A stretch of 38,295 nt of DNA, taken from positions 1 to 38,295 of the forward strand of contig JAWCME010000003.1 in NCBI GenBank assembly GCA_039091335.1. The letters run 5' to 3'. Below the pieces are notes generated by a model. The model saw only the letters and a program-made list of their open reading frames with translations. It was not told the origin of the DNA and searched no databases. The position numbers and the translations under genes are program-made. Each line of letters begins with the position of its first letter. The first letter of the stretch is position 1. Source of the stretch: Candidatus Aenigmatarchaeota archaeon (GTDB taxonomy: Archaea > Aenigmatarchaeota > Aenigmatarchaeia > CG10238-14 > SCSR01). This document shows positions 1 to 7,941 of the stretch, one piece after another.

Positions 1-642
1 ACCGCTAATGGTTTAAATGAACAAGCAAAAGGTGTTGCACCAGATGCTAAAATATGGATGGCAAAGGTTTGTGATTATTCTGGCTCTTGTTACAGTAGCG
101 ACATAGCTGCAGCAATAGAATATGTTGTTAATAACAAGATAGCTAAAGTGATGAGCATAAGCTTAGGTGGAGGTGGTACTACAAAAGCAAACTGTGATTC
201 AAATTATCTTGCCCAAAAAGTTAATTGGGCTGTTAGCAATGGTGTTACTGTAGTTGCAGCAGCAGGAAATACCGCAGGAAAAGTTGCTTCGCCAGCATGT
301 GCTTCTAAAGCCATAGCAGTAGGGGCTGTTAACAAAAAAGACAAAAGGCCAAACTGGTCTGGCTCTGGTCCAGCTTTGGATATAGTTGCCCCTGGTGTTG
401 ATATTTATTCAACTCTACCAAACGATAACTATGCTTCTTGGTCTGGAACTTCAATGGCAACACCACATGTTTCAGCTGTTATAGCTCTGCTCTTACAAGC
501 AAATCCAAACTTGACAGACAGCCAAATAAAAAATGCCCTATATAAAACTGCAAAAGACTTGGGTTTAAAAGGATGGGACAGATACTATGGCTGGGGAAGA
601 ATTGATGCTTATGCTGCTTTGAATTATGTTTTGGCAGCTTAG
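1..642 (+). CDS. Subtilisin-like S8 serine protease, 5' end outside window
   Basis: Frame open from base 1 (TANGLNEQAKGVAPDAK...); GVAP, SISLGG, AAAGN oxyanion motif, DIVAPG, catalytic GTSMATPHV, YGWGRIDA. Confidence 0.95.
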   Translation, partial: TANGLNEQAKGVAPDAKIWMAKVCDYSGSCYSSDIAAAIEYVVNNKIAKVMSISLGGGGTTKANCDSNYLAQKVNWAVSNGVTVVAAAGNTAGKVASPACASKAIAVGAVNKKDKRPNWSGSGPALDIVAPGVDIYSTLPNDNYASWSGTSMATPHVSAVIALLLQANPNLTDSQIKNALYKTAKDLGLKGWDRYYGWGRIDAYAALNYVLAA

Positions 643-778
643 GTTCAATCTTGTGCTTCAAACAAAAACATTTCAAGATAACTATCTTTCATTTAAACCA
701 TACATCTTTTTCTATTCTGGAAAGTTTTATGGATAGTTGTCAGGACAAGAAAGAATTGAAATAGCGTTAGTTCAAATC

Positions 779-1489
779 CTAAACATAAATTATTTTTGTT
801 TTCCATATTTCTTCCAATATTTTTTCAAGTGATTTTTTGTTTATTTCCTTTATGTCTATAATCCTTCCAACTCTTTTTTCCTCTATTTTTTTGTCTATTT
901 TTTCACTCAAAAGCTTCTTTATAGTTATTCCAGTTCCTCCGAAGAATACGTAATCAAGCCTTTCTATATAAGGTTCAAATTTTTTCAATTCATTTCTAAC
1001 CCCCTTCAAAAAATTTTCAACCTCTAATTTCCTAATCCTACCAAACCTTGCAGCGCTTGAACCCCCCTTCTTCTGTTTTGCTGTTACAAATCTACTTCCA
1101 CATTTTGATAAAATTAGCTTATCCCCATCAAAAATTCCGATTGCATAATCCCCTATTCTAACAAGTATTACACCAATTAAGTATTTTTTTGTAAAAATTT
1201 CTTTTAGTTGTTCTACTCTGAATTTTTTATCTACATAAAATTCTTCTTTTATCGGAATTGGAGGAACTATTATTATGTTTTTTTCTAACTTACTCCAGTA
1301 AAAAACTATGGCTTCATTGTTCATCAAAATTTTTTCTAAAACAATTCTAATTTCTTCCGGAATTTTTTGTGAAATGGTGTCCCTCTTTTTAATGTAGGCT
1401 GATATCAATTCATCGGCTTCACCTTCATAACTTTCCAATTCTTTGATTAATTTAAGCATAGAACTTTTTCTTAAAATCTTTTCTTCCAT
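779..1489 (-). CDS. VLRF1/Vms1-like (eRF1 domain-2 fold) release-factor homologue
   Basis: GVILVRIGDYAIGIF...SKCGSRFVTAKQKKGGSSAARFGRIR...FFGG resembles acVLRF1/aVLRF1; ATG 1489 preceded by GGTGGGA. Confidence 0.75.
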   Translation of the reverse strand: MEEKILRKSSMLKLIKELESYEGEADELISAYIKKRDTISQKIPEEIRIVLEKILMNNEAIVFYWSKLEKNIIIVPPIPIKEEFYVDKKFRVEQLKEIFTKKYLIGVILVRIGDYAIGIFDGDKLILSKCGSRFVTAKQKKGGSSAARFGRIRKLEVENFLKGVRNELKKFEPYIERLDYVFFGGTGITIKKLLSEKIDKKIEEKRVGRIIDIKEINKKSLEKILEEIWKTKIIYV

Positions 1490-1514
1490 CGTCCCACCAT
1501 TTCGTCTAGAAAAA

Positions 1515-2003
1515 TTATTTAGCAATTTTTTCAAGCATCTTCTTTATTTCTTCGCTGCTTTTTCCAAAGTATCTTTCAAATCCTTGGGTTGTTGTGATTA
1601 TTTTTGTTCTTCCATGCTTTTCTGTTTTTATTAGCCCCTTTTCCTCTAATGCTCTAACATAGCCATAGGTTTTGTTACCTTGGTATTTTACTATAGTAGA
1701 TTGTTTTATTGGCTGTTTTACAGCAACTATTGCCAAAGTCCTCATCATACCATTGCCTATATCTGCAAGTGGTGCCAACTTTGCTACTTTTTCTCTGTAT
1801 TCTGCCTTTACCCTAAATTCATATCCTTCTGAGGTTTCTACGAGCTCTATTCCCCTTTCTTCCTTAGACAAATCTTGTTTAATTTGAAGGAGAATTGATT
1901 TAATTTCTTCTTCGTTAATTCCAGATATATCTGAAAGTCTTTCTATGCCCAATGGTTTATCTGAAACAAAAAGTGCTGCTTCTATCAATGCCCTTTTGTT
2001 CAT
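1515..2003 (-). CDS. scpB: Segregation and condensation protein B
   Basis: IEAALFVSDKPL, TLAIVAVKQPI, TTQGFERYFG; in operon with smc and scpA. Confidence 0.95.
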   Translation of the reverse strand: MNKRALIEAALFVSDKPLGIERLSDISGINEEEIKSILLQIKQDLSKEERGIELVETSEGYEFRVKAEYREKVAKLAPLADIGNGMMRTLAIVAVKQPIKQSTIVKYQGNKTYGYVRALEEKGLIKTEKHGRTKIITTTQGFERYFGKSSEEIKKMLEKIAK

Positions 2004-2110
2004 TAATTATATTTATCTTGAAAAAAATAATATTTTCAACATTTATTTTCTTTGTTTACCAAAATCACAACCGCAAATTAAACAATACTCATAGTTTCTC
2101 TTATTAAATC

Positions 2111-2815
2111 TTATGATTGATTCTCAGCATTCTGCTTAAGTATGTATATTTCTTTGAAAAACTCCTTTTGTTCGGTTTTTATTTTCTCCTTTTGTTCAAG
2201 ATGGAGCAATGGAACAAAATGCCCAACTATTTGATCTCTGTTCCATTCTTCGACTATTTGTTTGAATTCAATCCTATCCTGCTTTAGTTTTTTCATTAAT
2301 TCTTCAATTTCCATCATCACATTATTAATTCTTTTAGTTATATCTTCTTCCACACCGACTTCGGCTTGAAGTTTTACTTTCCAAGAAATTTTTCTTTCGA
2401 TTTTTCTTTCCCTCACAGCCAATGCTTTTTTAAGTGCATTTATTAGTTCTTCCAAAGTAACTTGTCTTTTTGGAATCCTTCTCATAGGAATTCCAAGCTT
2501 TATTAGATTTGGATTTATTCCCAAATCCTCGAATACTCCTTTCTCCTCAATTTTCTCAAAAGTTTCTTCTTCCTCGAATAGAGAAAGATAATCTGCCTTA
2601 AGCTTTAAAAGTACAACAGCAACAAAAACTATTTTTGCGGGTATTCTGAAGTCTAGCTCTTCAACTTTATTAATATACGCTAAAAAACTGTTTGTTAATT
2701 TGATTAAATCTATGTTCCATGGGTCAAGGTTCTCGATGCTTACTATATGATAAATTACCTCTTCCCAACTTTCTTTTTTTATAATAAGCTGGAGTATATT
2801 TTCTTCTTGCTCCAT
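2111..2815 (-). CDS. scpA: Kleisin ScpA
   Basis: LDPWNIDLIKLT, LLKLKA, RQVTLEELINAL, FVPLLHL; between smc and scpB. Confidence 0.93.
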   Translation of the reverse strand: MEQEENILQLIIKKESWEEVIYHIVSIENLDPWNIDLIKLTNSFLAYINKVEELDFRIPAKIVFVAVVLLKLKADYLSLFEEEETFEKIEEKGVFEDLGINPNLIKLGIPMRRIPKRQVTLEELINALKKALAVRERKIERKISWKVKLQAEVGVEEDITKRINNVMMEIEELMKKLKQDRIEFKQIVEEWNRDQIVGHFVPLLHLEQKEKIKTEQKEFFKEIYILKQNAENQS

Positions 2816-2819
2816 TCAA

Positions 2820-5340
2820 TCAGCTTGGGGGCATTTCTAAACTAAGTATTTTTGACTCTGATTTTTCCATTGTAACACCATATATTACATCACCATACTT
2901 TATCATTTGCTCGTTGTGTGTTATTATCAAAAACTGTGCATCCTTAGAAAGTGATTTTATAAGTTCTGCAACCTTTTTTGTATTCTCTTTATCCAAGGCT
3001 GCATCTACTTCATCAAGAATGTAGAAGGGTGCGGGCTTAAATTGTTGAATCGCAAAAAGAAATGCAAGAGCAGTCAAACTCTTTTCTCCTCCAGAAAGAG
3101 AGTCTATGTTTGTTAGTGTTTTTCCTCCGGGGTTTGCTTGAATTATTAACCCAGAGTCTAAATTAAGGGGGTCTTCCAACTCCAGGCTTGCATTTCCATT
3201 TGTCATCCTATTAAACACTTCGTTGAATTGTTTGCTAACTTCTTTTAAACAGTTATTAAATACTTCCATTCTTTTTTCCTCTATTTTTTGTATCATGTCT
3301 AAAACTGCTTTTTTCTCTTCAAGTATTTTCTCATATTTTTCTTTGTAATTGTCAAACTCTGATTTGAATTTTTCATATTGCTCTATTGCCTTAAAGTTTA
3401 CTGGACCAAGAGACAAAAGCCCTTGCTGAACTTCCTTTGTTTCTTGTTCCAAAACCCTTATACTTTTATCCATCGGCTCAACACCCTCATACTGAAGTAG
3501 TTCAATTTTTAAATTTTCCAATTCGGTTTCAATCTTTGCTTTTTGTATTTTTAGTCTACCAACTTCTGTCTGAAGCTTATACATTCTTTCATAGATATTC
3601 TTTCTTTCAATCTTAAGTTTCTCCAACTCTGTTTCTGCCCCAAAGTTAAATTTTTTAAAATCCAAAAATTCTTTTGTTTTTTCCACCTTAGAATATTCTT
3701 CCAGTTTTCTTTTAGCTTCCTCATTCTCTTTTCTAATCCTTTCTATTTCTTTTTCAAGTGCTTCCTTTGTCTTTATATATTCTTCAATTTTATCTCTTCC
3801 AAATTGTCTTATCTTTTCTCTTATCAAATATCCCCCAGTCATCGCTCCACTTCTTTCTATCAAATCTCCGTCTAAAGTTACCATCCTTACTTTTCCAATT
3901 CCTATCGTTCTTGCAACTTCTAAGTCCTTTACAATAAGCGTGTTTCCAAGAACAAATTCAATAGCAGGTAAAAACTTTTTATCAAATTTAACAAGTTTTG
4001 ATGCTATTCCAAGCACTCCGTTTTTCTTCAACATTTCCTTTTCTTTCAGCTCCCTTGGTTTAATTTTATTAAGTGGTAAAAATGTTGCTCTTCCTATCTT
4101 CTCTCTTTTTAAAAACTCTATGCAAAATTTTGCGGTTTCTTCGTTGTCTACCACTATATCATTCAAATGTTGTCCCGCTGCAATTTCTATTGCAATCCTG
4201 TATTTTTCCGGAACCTTTATTATGCCCGCAATCGTACCAAAAACTCCCTTTAAATTTTGTTTAATTATTTCGTTCACACTTCTTGAAAACCTTTCTTTTA
4301 TATCTGTTTCTATATCATTTATCTCCTGAATTCTTTTTATTAGCTCATCAAGCCTTTCTATTTCCTTCTTGTTGAATTCAATTTTTGTTTCATTGGTCGA
4401 GATATTTATTCTTAGAAGTGATGCCTTCCTATCGACCTCTATCAAGTCTGAAAAATTTGAAAACTTTTCTAAAAATTCTTTTACCTTTTTTTCAGTTTCT
4501 TCTAGTCTATTTTCAATCTCCTTTGCTTTTTTTTCAAATTCCAATAATTCATTTTCTTTCTTTTGTATCTCTTCTTCTATTGTTTTTAAATTTTTTTCAA
4601 ACTCACAATATCTTTTATGAGCTAAGGATGCCTTCAAGATTATAAGCTGTCTTTGAAGGTTTTGATATTTGAGTGCTGCATTCCTTTCCTCCTCCAGTCT
4701 TTTGAAAGTATCATATCTTTCGGATATTATTATTTCTGCTTCCCTGAGTCTTGCGTCTACAGCCTCCAAATCCTTTTTTGCCTTTTCCCTCTTTTCATTG
4801 TACTCCGCTATTCCGGAGATTTCGTCTATTATTTGTCTTCTTTCTATCGGGTTCATTTCAATTATGTTTGTCACATCACCTTGCAGTATTATGTTATGAC
4901 CGTCTGGATAAATCCTTGCAGCCGATAAAAGTTCTAGAACCTTTTCTCTTGTTGTAGTCTTACCCTGAATTTTATATACACAAACCCCCTTTCTATTCAC
5001 TTTTCTTGTGATTGAAACCTCCTGATCGTCAAAAGGAAATATTTTGTTCGAATTATCGAGATATAACACTACAGAGGCGTATTGTGCTGGTGAACTCCCG
5101 TCGCCTCCATGATATATAAGTTCATGAAGTCTTTCTGCTCTTAAAGATTTGGCAGAAGTTCTACCTAGAACAAAGCAGATGGCGTCGCATAGATTAGATT
5201 TTGGCCTCAGTTTAACCCCTGAGCTTACCAACACCGTTCGGACCACAAACTATGTTAACGCCATTGGTAAGAGGGATAGATATTCTTTTGTTAAAGCTTT
5301 TAAACCCCTGCAATACTATCCTCAATATCGATGTTTTCAA
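2820..5340 (-). CDS. smc: Chromosome segregation protein SMC, two exons (5340-5225, 5199-2820), 831 aa after splicing
   Basis: TTG 5340 after AGGTGA; exon 1 encodes ...LQGFKSF...CGPNGVGK, exon 2 SNLCDAICFVLG; hinge GRATFLPL and GAMTGG; LSGGEK signature; Walker B ILDEVDAALD. Confidence 0.92.
5200..5224 (-). other. 25-nt BHB intron in smc mRNA
   Basis: UGGU-AA^G-CUCAG-GGGUUAAA-CUGAG-GCCA-AA^A; removal gives GGT AAA TCT (G-K-S) and joins the two frames. Confidence 0.88.
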
Positions 5341-5344
5341 TAAA

Positions 5345-5350
5345 TCACCT
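5345..5350 (-). promoter_or_regulatory. Shine-Dalgarno-like site for smc
   Basis: AGGTGA ends 4 nt before the TTG at 5340. Confidence 0.7.
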
Positions 5351-5488
5351 TCCTATATTAATATATTAATTTTTTCAATTAAATCAGAATGTAAATTTAG
5401 TTGAAATTTAAAGTTTATTTTTCTTTTAAATCTACCATGCTCAAAATTGCTAGAATTAAATTTTTTATTTAAAAACTTATTTTTAACT

Positions 5489-6322
5489 ATGCCTGCAAAT
5501 CTCCCTAGGGAATGGTTTATTTTGGAAGAAGAAATGAGAAATACTAAAAGCATTCAAGAAAAAATAGAAAAATTAGAAAGGCTTATTGCACTTACACCCA
5601 AGCATAAGGGAACTGAAAATTTAAGAGCGCAGTTGAACAAAAGATTGGCTAAGTTGAGAAATGAGATGGAAAAGAGTAGCAGGAAAGAGCACATAAAAAG
5701 TAAATTTGAAAAAAATGGTGATGTTTTGGTTTCTATACTCGGATTTACTCAAATAGGAAAAAGTACCTTGTTAAAAAATTTAACAAACGCCTCTGTAGAA
5801 ATAAGTAACAAACCTTATACAACAAAGGAAATTGAAAGTGGAATATGCAAATGGAATGGTGTAAGCATTCAGTTTGTCGAAATACCATCGTTTTTTCTTA
5901 AAAGGCACTTAGCTGTAGCAAAAACTTCTGATTTGTTGGTATTGCTGGTAAGAGACGAAGAAGATTTAAAAAAATTAGAATATATTTTAAATGAAAATAA
6001 TTTTGCAGAGAAGAAAAAAATAGTTTTATTTAGCAATTTTCTAAAAAATTTGTTTGAAGTAAAGGATTTTTCTGAATTTTTGAATAAAATCTTAGAAGAA
6101 GTAAATGTTTTTAGAATTTTTACAAAGCCACCAAAAAAAGAAGTTAGTAAGGATGCGCTAGTTTTTAAACTAAAACCAAAAGTTAGAGATGTTTTGAAAA
6201 GAATAAATGAAAGTTTTCTTGAAACCTTTAAATTTGCAAAAGTTTTTAGGAAAAAAGAAATTAAACGGGTTGGTCTGGATTATGAGCTTGAAGACGGAGA
6301 TATCATTGAAGTTCATGCTTAG
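5489..6322 (+). CDS. DRG/OBG-family GTP-binding protein with TGS domain (divergent)
   Basis: MPANLP, PKHKGTENLRAQL, GFTQIGKST, KPYTT, C-terminal RVGLDYELEDGDIIEVH. Confidence 0.85.
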   Translation: MPANLPREWFILEEEMRNTKSIQEKIEKLERLIALTPKHKGTENLRAQLNKRLAKLRNEMEKSSRKEHIKSKFEKNGDVLVSILGFTQIGKSTLLKNLTNASVEISNKPYTTKEIESGICKWNGVSIQFVEIPSFFLKRHLAVAKTSDLLVLLVRDEEDLKKLEYILNENNFAEKKKIVLFSNFLKNLFEVKDFSEFLNKILEEVNVFRIFTKPPKKEVSKDALVFKLKPKVRDVLKRINESFLETFKFAKVFRKKEIKRVGLDYELEDGDIIEVHA

Positions 6323-6350
6323 TTTTTTTTAAACATGCAATAAGTCTTTA

Positions 6351-6494
6351 TGGGCTCGGCGGGATTTGAACCCGCGACCATTCCCCCTTATCGAACGGGT
6401 TGCTTCCTGGTATCAAAGCTTTTAATAGATAAAAGCTTCAGCTAGTTCCGCTGCTTTCGGCTACATTTCATCTACCATGCTGAGCTACGAGCCC
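6351..6494 (-). tRNA. tRNA-Lys(UUU) with four BHB introns (6456-6471, 6437-6447, 6401-6429, 6381-6394)
   Basis: Acceptor GGGCTCG/CGAGCCC, T-arm GCGGG-TTCAAAT-CCCGC; removing 16+11+29+14 nt yields a 74-nt cloverleaf with arm GCGGG-CTTTTAA-CCCGT. Confidence 0.85.
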
Positions 6495-6981
6495 TCATTT
6501 TTTTTAGCAATTCCTTACATTTATCTTTTATCTTTTTATCGACTTTAATAAAAGCTATTCCTTTGTTTGGCAAACCGTAAACTATATTTGTTCCTATTCT
6601 TGATTTTAATGCAAAAGCAAAAGTTGCTAAATCTTCTTCACCCCTCACAAATATTTTAAACCTTCCTTTATCATCTAAAACTTTACTAACAACTTCGAGT
6701 AATTTTTTAGATATACATCTAGGAGGATTTTTAACCACAATTTTTTTAGCTTTATATTTTTCAATTTTTTTCAGCATTTTTTTACTTGTTTTTTTCCTTC
6801 CAATAATCCCATCATAAACTAAAATGTCTGGCTTAATTCCTAAAACTAATGCTTCATAACTTACCATATCACCAACAACTACAAGTTTGCCAGAAAATTC
6901 GATTTTGCTTAAAGAATTAAGTACTTTACCATAAATTTTTCTAAATTCTGGTTTTATTTTTTCGGTCAAAACTAAATCCAA
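6472..6981 (-). CDS. DUF359-family GTP-dependent dephospho-CoA kinase
   Basis: VVGDMVS, VYDGIIGR, VKNPPRCIS, VRGEEDLA, YGLPNKG. Confidence 0.85.
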   Translation of the reverse strand: MDLVLTEKIKPEFRKIYGKVLNSLSKIEFSGKLVVVGDMVSYEALVLGIKPDILVYDGIIGRKKTSKKMLKKIEKYKAKKIVVKNPPRCISKKLLEVVSKVLDDKGRFKIFVRGEEDLATFAFALKSRIGTNIVYGLPNKGIAFIKVDKKIKDKCKELLKKMRARSSAW

Positions 6982-6986
6982 CTTTA

Positions 6987-7192
6987 CTACCTTTTTCTAT
7001 TTCTTCTAAAATTGTGGGTTTGCCAAGAATACTTTTTTATTTTTGAGCTTTTTCCATAGCCACAAGCGCTACAAACTTTACTTTTTACATTAAAGCTACG
7101 CCTTCCACACCTTTTGTGTTTAGCTAAACTAATCTACACAAGGTGTGGACAGGTTTCCTTCTTTTACCCATTGAAGGCGTTCCTTTTGCCAT
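6987..7192 (-). CDS. rpl37e: 50S ribosomal protein L37e, two exons (7192-7134, 7113-6987), 61 aa after splicing; absent from ORF track
   Basis: Spliced product [61 protein letters not shown] matches the eL37 pattern. Confidence 0.93.
7114..7133 (-). other. 20-nt BHB intron in rpl37e mRNA
   Basis: GUGU-AG^A-UUAG-UUUAG-CUAA-ACAC-AA^A with complementary flanking exons; removal gives TGT AGA AGG TGT (CRRC). Confidence 0.9.
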
Positions 7193-7211
7193 GTTTTCCA
7201 CTAACTACTTT

Positions 7212-7844
7212 TTATATTTGATTTTTATAATAGTTTTGCATGTTTAAAATTTCAAATTCCTTTAAGATTTTATTCGCTCTTTCCAGGTCATCTTTTGTAT
7301 CTATATCGAAAAATTCGTTTGTAGGCATAGATATTGGTACAAACACCTTATTCTTGGATTTTTCAATTATTTCATTTAGATCTTTTTTCGGACCACAATT
7401 TTCAAAAATCTTCTTTTTATATATTCCACACAGCGTTTCATACTTATTTAATCCCCAAAAGTAGAGTATACAATCTACCATCTCTTTCGTCCTAGGTAAG
7501 AGCTCTCTTATTGTCCTATCCTGAACAAAAGGCATGTCGCACGCCAAAAGAAAGAAGTAATCGTTTTTAATATGTTTTATCCCTTCCTTTATTCCTGCTA
7601 CAGGAGAAAAAACCCTTTTGTTATCGGCAATAACCTTTACATTTTTCGAATATTTTCTAACTTCTTCTATAACTTTTTCTCTTTCTTCTCTATTTTTTAC
7701 AACAACCACAATATCAGAAAAAAAATTTTTTGCAACAAACAAAGAATATGCTATTAATGCTTTTTTGTCAAGAAGTACTAAAGCCTTTTCATTTTTCATC
7801 CCCCTTATTTTACCACCCGCGAGAATTATACAGCTAACCCCCAT
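7212..7844 (-). CDS. MobA-like NTP transferase
   Basis: IILAGG, SPVAGI, LACDMPF, FFDIDTKDDL. Confidence 0.8.
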   Translation of the reverse strand: MGVSCIILAGGKIRGMKNEKALVLLDKKALIAYSLFVAKNFFSDIVVVVKNREEREKVIEEVRKYSKNVKVIADNKRVFSPVAGIKEGIKHIKNDYFFLLACDMPFVQDRTIRELLPRTKEMVDCILYFWGLNKYETLCGIYKKKIFENCGPKKDLNEIIEKSKNKVFVPISMPTNEFFDIDTKDDLERANKILKEFEILNMQNYYKNQI

Positions 7845-7941
7845 TAAATCTTTTTTTGTAAATTAAATGCTATATTCTTTTCTTTTGAAATTTCTTGTTT
7901 TAACGTTAACAAATAAATTTTTCTGTATTAAAAAGTATTCC

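Noticed and set aside
2044..2125. Minus-strand frame reading ESIIRFNKRNYEYCLICGCDFGKQRK, suggestive of a tiny zinc-finger gene
   Set aside because: No start codon after the upstream TGA and no BHB insert that would connect it to one
5149..5343. ORF-track smc start at 5246 and plus-strand ORF 5149-5343
   Set aside because: The 5246 start lacks Walker A and is an artefact of the intron; the plus-strand ORF is an antisense shadow
6381..6420. Reading the 6351-6494 tRNA as Ile(GAU) from GATAA/GATA words
   Set aside because: Those words fall in introns and give no consistent anticodon stem; a separate tRNA-Ile(GAU) is at 25026-25125
5200..7133. Sequencing-error frameshift, programmed frameshifting or intein as explanations for broken smc and rpl37e
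   Set aside because: Inserts are 25 and 20 nt of extra self-complementary sequence with stops, not single-base indels or in-frame protein inserts
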